The translations under genes and the position numbers were made by a program. A stretch of DNA of 64,000 bases from Acidobacteriota bacterium (GTDB lineage Bacteria > Acidobacteriota > UBA6911 > RPQK01 > JAJDTT01), in assembly GCA_965263035.1 (NCBI GenBank), contig OZ253580.1, positions 1,408,001 through 1,472,000 on the forward strand, written 5' to 3'. Under the pieces are notes generated by a model. That model was not told the DNA's origin, made no database searches, and worked only from the letters and a program-made list of their open reading frames with translations. Below are positions 38,442-47,161 of this stretch, piece by piece (position 1 is the stretch's first letter; every line of letters begins with the position of its first letter).

Positions 38442-40553
38442 ATGAACCACAGCCAGATCGCCAGCTTCATTTGGGGCGTGGCGGACCTGATCCGCGACAC
38501 CTTCAAACGCGGCAAGTACCAGGACGTGATCCTGCCGCTCACCGTGCTGCGCCGGCTCGACTGCGTGCTGTCCCCTACGAAACCAAAGGTGCTGGAAGTC
38601 CAGGCCAGATTCAGGGGCAAACTCGAGAACCTCGACCCACTGCTTCGGCGCGCCTCCGGATTCGCCTTCTACAACACGTCCCGCTACGACTTCGAGAAAC
38701 TGCTCGCCGACGCGCCTCACATCGCGCAGAACCTGCGGAACTACATCGCCGGGTTCAGCCCCAACATGCGGGAGGTGCTGGAGAAGTTCGACTTCGACAA
38801 CACCATCTCCAAGCTCGACGAGGCGGGCCTCCTCTTCCTGGTCATGCAGCGGTTCGGCGACCCGAAGGTGAACCTCCACCCGGACGCCATCGACAACTTC
38901 ACCATGGGCACGATCTTCGAGGAGCTCATCCGTAAGTTCAACGAGGCGCTGAACGAGAACCCCGGCGAACACTTCACGCCCCGCGATGTGGTCCATCTCA
39001 TGGTGGACCTGATGCTGGCCGGTGACGAGGAAGAACTGCGCAAGAAGGGCGTTGCGCGGAGCGTCTACGACCCTTGCTGTGGCTCAGGCGGCATGCTCAC
39101 CATCGCCAAGGAGCACACGACCCTCGGCGAGATACGAGAGGGCAAGCGGCTGGGCGACCCCGTGAACCCGGACGCTCACATCCACCTGTTCGGCCAGGAG
39201 GTGAACCCGGAAACGTTCGCGATCTGCAAGTCCGACCTCTTCATGAAGTCGAAAGACGGCCGCGACGCGAAGAAGATCCTGTTCGGGAGCACGCTCTCGA
39301 ACGATCGGCACGCCGGAACCGGCTTCGACTACATGATCGCCAATCCTCCCTACGGCAAAGACTGGAAGCGCGACCAGGACGCAGTACGGGGCGAGCACGA
39401 TCGAGGCGCTGCCGGCCGCTTCGCACCGGGCCTGCCGCGGATCAGCGACGGCCAGCTCCTGTTCCTGCTGCACATGCTCGCGCACGCCAAAGAACCGGCC
39501 CAGGGCGGCTCCCGGGTGGCCATCATCATGAACGGCTCGCCGCTCTTCACCGGCGACGCCGGCAGCGGCGAGAGCGAAATCCGCCGCTGGATCCTTGAGA
39601 ACGACCTGCTCGAGGCGCTCATCGCGCTGCCCGAGCAGCTCTTCTACAACACGGGGATCGCCACCTACGTCTGGGTGCTCACGAACCGGAAACGGCCCGA
39701 GCGGCGCGGCAAGGTCCAGCTCATCCACGCCACGTCGTTCTGGGTCCTGCTGCGAAAGAGCCTGGGCGCCAAACGCCGCGAAGTCCCGTTCGACCGCAAG
39801 GAGGACGTCCTGCGGCTGCTGGAGGACTTCGAGGACGGCGCGACCCGCAAGGTGGACGATAACGGCGAGGAACGGGAGGTGGTCGTCAGCCGCATCTATC
39901 CCACCACCCGGTTCGGCTTTCGCAAGATCACGGTGGAACGGCCGCTTCGGCTCGATTTCCAGGCCAGCCCCGAGCGGATCGCGCGGCTCGACGACCAGCG
40001 CGCCTTCGTCAACCTGGCCCGGTCCCGCAAGAAGGGCCCAGCCAAGGCCAAGGACGAGGCGGCGGGCCGCGAGAAGCAGGCCGCGATCCGCGCCCTCCTC
40101 CGTAGTCTGCCCGACCGGCTCTTCCTGGATCGGGCTGTCTTCGAATCCGAACTCTCCCGGGCAACGCAAACTGCCGGGCTGAAACTCACCGCGCCTCTAA
40201 AAAAAGCCGTGCTCTCCGCCCTGTCCGAGCGAAACACCGAAGCCGCGGTCTGCCGGGACCGAAAGGGCCGCCCGGAGCCCGATCCGCAGCTCCGCGACAC
40301 GGAGAACGTGCCTCTCCTGGAGGACGTAGAGTCGTTCTTCGAGCGCGAGGTGAGGCCCCACGTTCCCGACGCCTGGATCGATTCTAAGCGCCGGGACCCC
40401 CAGGACGGAAAGGTCGGGCTTGTGGGCTACGAGTTCAACTTCAATCGCTACTTCTACGAATACCGACCGCCCCGTCCCTTGGAGGAGATCGAGGCCGACA
40501 TCCGGCGGGTGGAGAAGGAGATCGCGGCGATGCTGGAAGAGACGCGCGGTTGA
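38442..40553 (+). CDS. hsdM: Type I restriction-modification methyltransferase subunit
   Basis: GEHFTPRDV, YDPCCGSGGM, NPPY, LFYNTGIATY. Confidence 0.95.
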   Translation: MNHSQIASFIWGVADLIRDTFKRGKYQDVILPLTVLRRLDCVLSPTKPKVLEVQARFRGKLENLDPLLRRASGFAFYNTSRYDFEKLLADAPHIAQNLRNYIAGFSPNMREVLEKFDFDNTISKLDEAGLLFLVMQRFGDPKVNLHPDAIDNFTMGTIFEELIRKFNEALNENPGEHFTPRDVVHLMVDLMLAGDEEELRKKGVARSVYDPCCGSGGMLTIAKEHTTLGEIREGKRLGDPVNPDAHIHLFGQEVNPETFAICKSDLFMKSKDGRDAKKILFGSTLSNDRHAGTGFDYMIANPPYGKDWKRDQDAVRGEHDRGAAGRFAPGLPRISDGQLLFLLHMLAHAKEPAQGGSRVAIIMNGSPLFTGDAGSGESEIRRWILENDLLEALIALPEQLFYNTGIATYVWVLTNRKRPERRGKVQLIHATSFWVLLRKSLGAKRREVPFDRKEDVLRLLEDFEDGATRKVDDNGEEREVVVSRIYPTTRFGFRKITVERPLRLDFQASPERIARLDDQRAFVNLARSRKKGPAKAKDEAAGREKQAAIRALLRSLPDRLFLDRAVFESELSRATQTAGLKLTAPLKKAVLSALSERNTEAAVCRDRKGRPEPDPQLRDTENVPLLEDVESFFEREVRPHVPDAWIDSKRRDPQDGKVGLVGYEFNFNRYFYEYRPPRPLEEIEADIRRVEKEIAAMLEETRG

Positions 40554-40686
40554 CGCCGACCCGTCTGCGGCGGCTGCGGGCCAAGCAGACCGAGAGGAGA
40601 CTGTCGCCGCTCCCCGTCAGTCTCCTTCGTGCGATTCACAGCAGTTGACACGCACTCGACGCCACAAGACTTCCGGTTCTACCTCC

Positions 40687-40715
40687 TTGACACACACCAT
40701 GTGTGGCTCTAGGAT
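40687..40715 (+). promoter_or_regulatory. Sigma70-type promoter of vapBC with palindromic operator
   Basis: TTGACA-N17-TAGGAT; CACAC-cat-GTGTG at 40693-40705; ATG 8 nt downstream. Confidence 0.65.
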
Positions 40716-40723
40716 CACGGACC

Positions 40724-41029
40724 ATGGGAGATACGCGGCGAGTCCAAGTGACGCTCGATGCGAGGGGATACGCGGCGGTGTCGCGGATTGCACGACGCGA
40801 AGGGAAGAAGCTGGCCGCAGTCGTGCGGGAGGCCGTCGAGCAGTACTGCGTTCTGCCGGAGGCGCGGCAACGGCGACTGGAGGCCATCGACAGGCTGTAC
40901 GCGACGGGGGCGGTCCCAGCGCCAGAATCGCTGCCGGAGTGGGAACGCCAGTACAGTCGGCTGAAGGTCGGCCTGGCTACCGACTGTCTCCACACCACCG
41001 AAGGTCCGGGAAGTCACGAGGACAGTTGA
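40724..41029 (+). CDS. Ribbon-helix-helix antitoxin (VapB-like)
   Basis: RRVQVTLD...ARREGKKLAAVVREAVEQY; overlaps the PIN toxin start. Confidence 0.75.
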   Translation: MGDTRRVQVTLDARGYAAVSRIARREGKKLAAVVREAVEQYCVLPEARQRRLEAIDRLYATGAVPAPESLPEWERQYSRLKVGLATDCLHTTEGPGSHEDS

Positions 41030-41454
41030 CGAGCGTGCGTGATTCACTGTTCGTGGACGCCAACGTGTTCATGTACCTCGCGGGCGGTGATGCCCTGTAC
41101 CGGGAGGCCTGCCGACGGGCTCTGTTGGCCGCGACTGAGCAGGGGACCATGTTGATCACCAGCACAGAAGTACTGCAGGAGATCCTCCATTACCATGTCG
41201 CCCGAAGGCGGCCCGAAAACGCCCGGACCGTGTACCGGGCAGTGACAGACATCTGCGACGAGATCCTGCCGGTGACGGAACACCAAACGGCCCGTGCGCT
41301 CGAACTGCTGGTGCGGCATCCCGGGTTGCCGGCACGAGACGCCCTGCACGTCGCGACGATGGAGGTCCACGGCGTCGAGCGGCTGCTGTCGGCAGACCGG
41401 CACTTCGATCAGATCGACACCGTCACGCGTGTCGACCCGCTCGCCCCCCCTTGA
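41026..41454 (+). CDS. vapC: PIN-domain toxin, VapC family
   Basis: FVDANVFMY, EVLQEI, RDALHVA, SADRHFD acidic PIN motifs. Confidence 0.88.
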   Translation: MTSVRDSLFVDANVFMYLAGGDALYREACRRALLAATEQGTMLITSTEVLQEILHYHVARRRPENARTVYRAVTDICDEILPVTEHQTARALELLVRHPGLPARDALHVATMEVHGVERLLSADRHFDQIDTVTRVDPLAPP

Positions 41455-41727
41455 TCCTCCGCCTGCACTGGACGACAAACAGGCGGAGAATGAGACCGCC
41501 GTCATGCTGCAGGACATGACGGCGAGTTGATCTCCGGGCGCGTGCGCCTCGGGCACGCGAGATCCCAGCCGAGCGGTTCGAGCCGGATTGAACACGCAGA
41601 GTGGCAGCCTCTCTGGCACAGACTGCGCTGGGCGCGCCCTCGCCGGTGTTTTCGCCGTTTGCCGGCGCCTCGCTCAAGGGGATGGCGGAGCGACGGCTTC
41701 GGCGGCCTGGGCGAATCAGGAACAAAC

Positions 41728-41766
41728 TGTCGGCACTTGTTTTTATGTGCCGACAATCATTACGAT
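41728..41766 (+). promoter_or_regulatory. Putative AbiEi operator and promoter
   Basis: Perfect IR TGTCGGCAC-N10-GTGCCGACA, then TACGAT (-10-like) 6 nt before the ATG. Confidence 0.6.
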
Positions 41767-41772
41767 TCTTTC

Positions 41773-42375
41773 ATGACTGAACTCACTGCTGCCGCGCTCG
41801 AAGAAGCCGGCATTGGAGCCTTTTTCCGGCCGCGAGACATTGAGGCGCTCGGTGTCCCGTACCGTCGCCTCCGCGGACTCGTTGCGGCCGGTGCCGTGGA
41901 GAACCTCGGCGGCGGCCTTTACCGGCTGGCCGAGGTCGAGCCGACCGAGCTGGAAACGGTCGCCATGGTGGCTGCTGCCGTGCCGCACGCGATCGTCTGC
42001 CTGATGACCGCGCTCCGCGTCCACCAGATCGGAACCGAGTCCCCTCACGAGGTCTGGATAGCCATCAACCGCAAGGCGCGCCGGCCCACCCGAGTGCCGG
42101 CGCAGATTCGCGTCGTCTGGTTCTCGAAGGCGATGCTCACATACGGGGTCGTGCGCCGCCCGATGCTCGGCGTGCCGGTTGCGATCACATCGCCGGCCCG
42201 GACGGTCGTCGACTGCTTCCGGTACCGCAACAAGTTCGGCCTCGACACCGCGCTGGAGGCGCTCCGGGACGTGCTGCGCCAACGGCTCGCCACCGTGGAT
42301 GAGATCATGCGCGCAGCCAGCGTCTGCCGGGCTCGCACGGTCCTGCAGCCCTACATGGAAGCGGTTCTGTCGTGA
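41773..42375 (+). CDS. abiEi: Type IV TA antitoxin, AbiEi-family regulator
   Basis: N-terminal wHTH (GGGLYRL), IVCLMTAL, PHEVWIAI, SPARTVVDCFRYRNKFGLD. Confidence 0.85.
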   Translation: MTELTAAALEEAGIGAFFRPRDIEALGVPYRRLRGLVAAGAVENLGGGLYRLAEVEPTELETVAMVAAAVPHAIVCLMTALRVHQIGTESPHEVWIAINRKARRPTRVPAQIRVVWFSKAMLTYGVVRRPMLGVPVAITSPARTVVDCFRYRNKFGLDTALEALRDVLRQRLATVDEIMRAASVCRARTVLQPYMEAVLS

Positions 42376-43322
42376 CGAGACGCCATCTCAAGAACGTCGC
42401 GGCGTCCGTCCGTGCCCGGCTGCTCGCCCGCAGTCGCGAAACCGGCGAGGATTTCCAGTTTCTCCTGTGGAGGTACGTGGTCGAACGATTCCTTTTCCGT
42501 CTTAGCCATTCCCCCTACCGTGATCGCTTCGTTCTGAAAGGGGCCATGCTCTTCGCTCTCTGGAACGAGGCGTTCCACCGGCAGACCCAGGACATTGACT
42601 TCGCCGCCTACGGCGACTCGGAAACCGACGACTTTGTGACGGAGTTGCAGCAAGTTTGCTGTACCGGCGTTGACGACGACGGCGTTGTCTTCCACGCCGA
42701 CCAGATCAGCAGCAGCACAATCCGCGGCACAACGGACAAGGGCGGCACCCGCTACCGCTTCCCGGCGACCGTTGGCGGAGCCCGCATAACCGTGCAGGTC
42801 GACATCGGCGTCGGCGACTCGATTCAGCCACCGCCGGAGGATGCCGAATTCCCGACGCTGCTCGACACCGCCCCGTGCCACGTTCGTGCGTATCCGAAGG
42901 AAGCGGTCGTCTCCGAGAAGTTCCACGCTACGGTCGCACACGGTGAGCGGACGAGCCGCTACAAGGACTTCTTCGACCTGTACGAATTGGCTCGGTGCTT
43001 CCGCTTCGACGGCGTGCGACTCGTGCAGGCCCTTGTCGCGACTTTCGAGAGCCGTAGTTCACCGACCGAAGCGGTCCCGCTCTCCCTGACCAGCGGCTTC
43101 TATACAGACACGGCGCGAGGCGAACGCTGGCGGGCCTATCTGACCAAGCGCGGGCGCCTGCCGGCGCCCATGGACTTCGGTGCTGTCGGTGAACTCGTCA
43201 CGCTCTTCCTGGCACCGCCGTGGCGCGCCCTGTTACGTAGGGACCGATTTATAGCCGCGTGGCCTGCCGGCGGGCCGTGGCGGCCCGGGATTCGGGCCCG
43301 GACGGGAGGTGAAGGACTGTGA
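42372..43322 (+). CDS. abiEii: AbiEii/AbiGii nucleotidyltransferase toxin
   Basis: ASVRARL, ERFLFRL, FVLKGA, RQTQDIDF, VDIGVGD, EKFHA, SRYKDFFDL. Confidence 0.88.
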   Translation: MTRRHLKNVAASVRARLLARSRETGEDFQFLLWRYVVERFLFRLSHSPYRDRFVLKGAMLFALWNEAFHRQTQDIDFAAYGDSETDDFVTELQQVCCTGVDDDGVVFHADQISSSTIRGTTDKGGTRYRFPATVGGARITVQVDIGVGDSIQPPPEDAEFPTLLDTAPCHVRAYPKEAVVSEKFHATVAHGERTSRYKDFFDLYELARCFRFDGVRLVQALVATFESRSSPTEAVPLSLTSGFYTDTARGERWRAYLTKRGRLPAPMDFGAVGELVTLFLAPPWRALLRRDRFIAAWPAGGPWRPGIRARTGGEGL

Positions 43323-43456
43323 CCGAAGGAACCGATCGGAAGGAGGAGGCGCGGCCGCGGCGTTTTCGGCCGTACCCTGAGTACAGTGACTCCGGTATCG
43401 AGTCGCTGGGCGAAATTCCGGCACATTGGGACGTGAGACGGCTCAAGACCCTAGCC

Positions 43457-45918
43457 CTGCCCTATACCCACAAATAGTGCTGGACAAACAAGAATGCCTG
43501 TCGTAGTCTTCACGACATGGTAGTTCAGAACCAGATCAAGCGCACCTTGAGCCGAGAGTTGGATCGTTTGCACGCCGTGATGAGGCGGGAGAAGTTCGCC
43601 CACCGGACGGCGCTGGCGGACCGGGTCTGCTCGGAGTTTGGATTTCACGATGCCCGAGGGCGGGCGCAACGGAGCGGCTGCCTGAAGGCGCTCCGGGAGT
43701 TGGAGGCGCGCGGACGGATTCGTCTGCCGACGCCGCGACGGCGGGTGAAACATTGCGGGCCCCGAGGACTGGGCCGTGCGGTGCCGGAGCCGGTCGGGGT
43801 GCCCGAGACGGTGGACGGCGTGCGGGAGCTGGAGTTGATTCTGGTGGAGACGGGTCCGCAACGAGCGCTCTGGAACGAGTTGATGGCGCGAGAGCATCCA
43901 CGGGGCGCGGGGCCGTTGGTGGGTGCTCAACTACGCTATCTGGTGGGCTCGGCCCACGGCTGGCTGGGGGGCTTGGGGTTCGGGGCGGCGGCGTTGCGGT
44001 TGCGGGACCGGGACCGCTGGATCGGATGGGATGAGGAACAACGCCGGGCGCACCTGCACCGGGTGGTGGGGCTGAGCCGGTTTCTGATCCGTCCGTCAGT
44101 GAGGTGTCGTAATCTGGCCTCCCGGGTGCTGGGGGAGGTGTTGCGGCGGCTGGGTCCGGAGTTCCAGGCGCGCTACGGCTACCGTCCCTGGCTGGTGGAG
44201 ACCTTCGTGGAGACGGCTCGCCACGATGGGGCCAGTTTGCGCGCCACGAACTGGAGGGTTCTGGGGCAGACGCAGGGTCGAGGCCGGCAAGATCGGGCGC
44301 ACCGGGGTGCGGAGACGAGCAAGGCGATCTATGGGTATGAGTTGTGCCGGGATTGGCGGCGGCGGTTGGGGGTGGGACCGGCGCCGAGGCGGGGAGTGGA
44401 ACCGATGTCGGAGGGCGAGGGACTGGAGGGAGCGGGCTGGGCTCAGCAGGAGTTGGGCGGGGCGCCGCTGGGAGACCGGCGCTTGAGTCGGCGACTGGTG
44501 GAGAGTGCGCACCGACAGGCGCAGGAGCCGGGGCGGGCGTTCACGGGAGTGGCGCGGGGGGATTCTGCGGCGGTCAAGGGATACTACCGGCTGATCGACC
44601 AGCCGGAAGCCTCGGCGGTGACGGTGTCCAACATCCTGGCCCCGCACCGGGAGCGGACCCGGCAGCGGATGCAGGGGCAGCGGACGGTGCTGTGCATCCA
44701 GGACGGGAGCGATCTGAACTTCACGCGGCACGGCCGGTGTGAGGGACTGGGAGTGATCGGGCGCAACCAGACGGGAGCGACGGCGCGGGGACTGCATCTG
44801 CACGCGACGCTGGTGGTGAGTGAGACGGGGCTGCCGCTGGGGGTGTTGCGGGCGAAGCTGGACGCGCCGAAGCCGGGACCGGTGGCCACGCGGAAAAAGA
44901 AGAAGACGTATCGCTGGATCGAGGGACTTCGGGACTGCGCCGAGGTGTCGCGGTCCCTCGACGGGGTGCGGGTGGTCAGCGTGGTGGACCGGGAGGCGGA
45001 TTTTTTCGCACTGTTCGCCGAGCAACGAGCGTCTCCGGAGGTGGAGTTGCTGGTGCGTGCGAAGCAGGATCGGGTGCTGAAGAGGAAGACCCCGGCGAAG
45101 GCGGCCGGGAAAAGCGCGGATCCGGACCCGGAGCAGAAGCGGAAGCTGTTCGGGCGCCTGCGATCGGCGCCGGTGCGGGCCCGGATGCTGCTGGAGGTGA
45201 AGCGTCAGAGTGCGCGGATCAAGGCCAGCAAGCAGGCGGCCCGCCCGCGGCGGCTGGCGCGGGTGGCTCGGATGGAACTGCGCTACGAGACCCTGACGAT
45301 TCCGGCGCCGCGCGGGAACCCAACCGGCATCCCGTCGCTGAGACTGTCGGTGGTGCACGCGCGGGAGGTCGCGCCGCCGGCGCAGGGGAAGCGCCTGGAA
45401 TGGTTCCTGCTCACCACCCTGCCGGTGACCGATGTCGAGACGGCGCAGCAACTGCTGAGATGGTATGCGCTGCGCTGGCGGGTGGAGGATTATTTCCGGG
45501 TGCTCAAGACCGGATGCCGGGTACAACAGCTCCAGCACCAAACCGCCGAACGTCTGAAACGGGCCATCGCCATGCACGCCGTCATCGCCTGGCGGATCAT
45601 GCTGATGACGCTGTTGGGGCGAGAGGACCCGGACCTGCCGGCGCAATTGTTGTTTTCCGATCTGGAAATCCGGGTCCTGGGGGCGTTTGCCGCGTCGCGA
45701 GGATTCCCAGCGCCGGAAGACCTGGGGGCGGCCGTGCTCGTGCTGGCCCGCCTGGGAGGATATCTGGCTCGTAAACACGACTCCCCACCTGGGCATCAAC
45801 TGATGTGGCAGGGCTACGTCACGCTCTACGGCATGTGTCTGGGCTTCGCTTTACGAGAAGAAACATGAATGAAACCGGACGGCTAATTTGCCCTGTGCAA
45901 TATGTGGGTAAAGGGCAG
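43457..45918 (+). mobile_element. IS4-family element, copy 3 (inside hsdS)
   Basis: Same TIRs; TSD CCCTAGCC at 43449-43456 and 45919-45926. Confidence 0.95.
43517..45868 (+). CDS. DUF4338/DruA-like plus Tn5-like transposase
   Basis: 783 aa; two residue differences from copy 2. Confidence 0.92.
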   Translation: MVVQNQIKRTLSRELDRLHAVMRREKFAHRTALADRVCSEFGFHDARGRAQRSGCLKALRELEARGRIRLPTPRRRVKHCGPRGLGRAVPEPVGVPETVDGVRELELILVETGPQRALWNELMAREHPRGAGPLVGAQLRYLVGSAHGWLGGLGFGAAALRLRDRDRWIGWDEEQRRAHLHRVVGLSRFLIRPSVRCRNLASRVLGEVLRRLGPEFQARYGYRPWLVETFVETARHDGASLRATNWRVLGQTQGRGRQDRAHRGAETSKAIYGYELCRDWRRRLGVGPAPRRGVEPMSEGEGLEGAGWAQQELGGAPLGDRRLSRRLVESAHRQAQEPGRAFTGVARGDSAAVKGYYRLIDQPEASAVTVSNILAPHRERTRQRMQGQRTVLCIQDGSDLNFTRHGRCEGLGVIGRNQTGATARGLHLHATLVVSETGLPLGVLRAKLDAPKPGPVATRKKKKTYRWIEGLRDCAEVSRSLDGVRVVSVVDREADFFALFAEQRASPEVELLVRAKQDRVLKRKTPAKAAGKSADPDPEQKRKLFGRLRSAPVRARMLLEVKRQSARIKASKQAARPRRLARVARMELRYETLTIPAPRGNPTGIPSLRLSVVHAREVAPPAQGKRLEWFLLTTLPVTDVETAQQLLRWYALRWRVEDYFRVLKTGCRVQQLQHQTAERLKRAIAMHAVIAWRIMLMTLLGREDPDLPAQLLFSDLEIRVLGAFAASRGFPAPEDLGAAVLVLARLGGYLARKHDSPPGHQLMWQGYVTLYGMCLGFALREET

Positions 45919-47161
45919 CCCTAGCCTCGGTGCAACTGAGCAATGTCGACAAGAAAACCGTAGAAGGCCAAGCTCCCGTAAAACTCTGCAACTACGTCGA
46001 CGTTTACTACAATGACTTCATCACCGCCGGGCTCGAATTCATGAACGCAACCGCCACACCCGAACAGGTGCGGCGATTCATGCTCCGGGGCGGCGATGTT
46101 TTGATCACCAAGGACTCGGAATCCTGGAATGACATAGCAGTCCCCGCTGTCGTGGTCGAAGAACTGACGGATGTCCTGTGTGGATACCACCTGGCACAAA
46201 TCAGGCCGCGATCAGGTCTTGATGGGCGGTTTCTTGCCCGCCAATTCTCGGCGATTGGCACCCGGGACCAGTTCCATCTTGCGGCCAACGGAATAACACG
46301 GTTCGGCTTGGGTGGAGATGCAATCCGTAGCGGTCTGTTTCCGATCGCGCCGATCGAGGAACAACAAGTCATCGCTGACTTCCTTGACCGCGAGACGGCG
46401 AAGATCGATGCGTTGGTGGAGCAGAAGGAGCGGCTGGTTGAGTTGCTTCAGGAGAAGCGCAGCGCTTTCATCGCCCGTGCCGTCACCCGGGGCCTCGACC
46501 CGAACGTCCCCATGAAGGACTCCGGCGTCGAGTGGCTGGGCGAGATCCCGACACACTGGAAGCTTAAGCCGCTCAAGCGTCTTCTAAGCCGAAGTGACTA
46601 TGGAATATCGGAGAGCTTGGGAGTAGGAGGTGATATCCGGGTTCTAACTATGGCGCACATTCAAAATGGCGAGGTTGTATTGCCCCATGATGGCAGCATC
46701 AGTGAAATCGACCGGTCAATGAGGCTTGAGTCCGGCGACCTTCTGTTCAACAGAACCAACAGCCGTGAGCTCGTAGGTAAGGTCGGTATATTTCGTGGCA
46801 ACCACGATGATTGCGTGACCTTTGCATCGTACCTTGTAAGGTTAACCCCGCGTCAGCACGTCGAACCCGAATGGCTAAACTACCTGCTCAACTCCACTGG
46901 CGTTCTTGGAATGGCGCGAAGCATGGCATTACTTAGTGTAAACCAAGCCAATCTCAACCCAACCAAGCACCAGCAAATTATCATACCTGTGCCCGCACCC
47001 GCTGAACAGCGAACCATCGCAGGTTTCTTACGCGGGGAGACCGCGAAGATCGATTCCCTCATCGTCAAGATCCGGCAAGCAATCAGCTACCTCCACGAAT
47101 TTCGCACCGCTCTTATCTCCGCGGCGGTCACCGGCAAGATTGATGTCCGGGAGGAAGCGTC

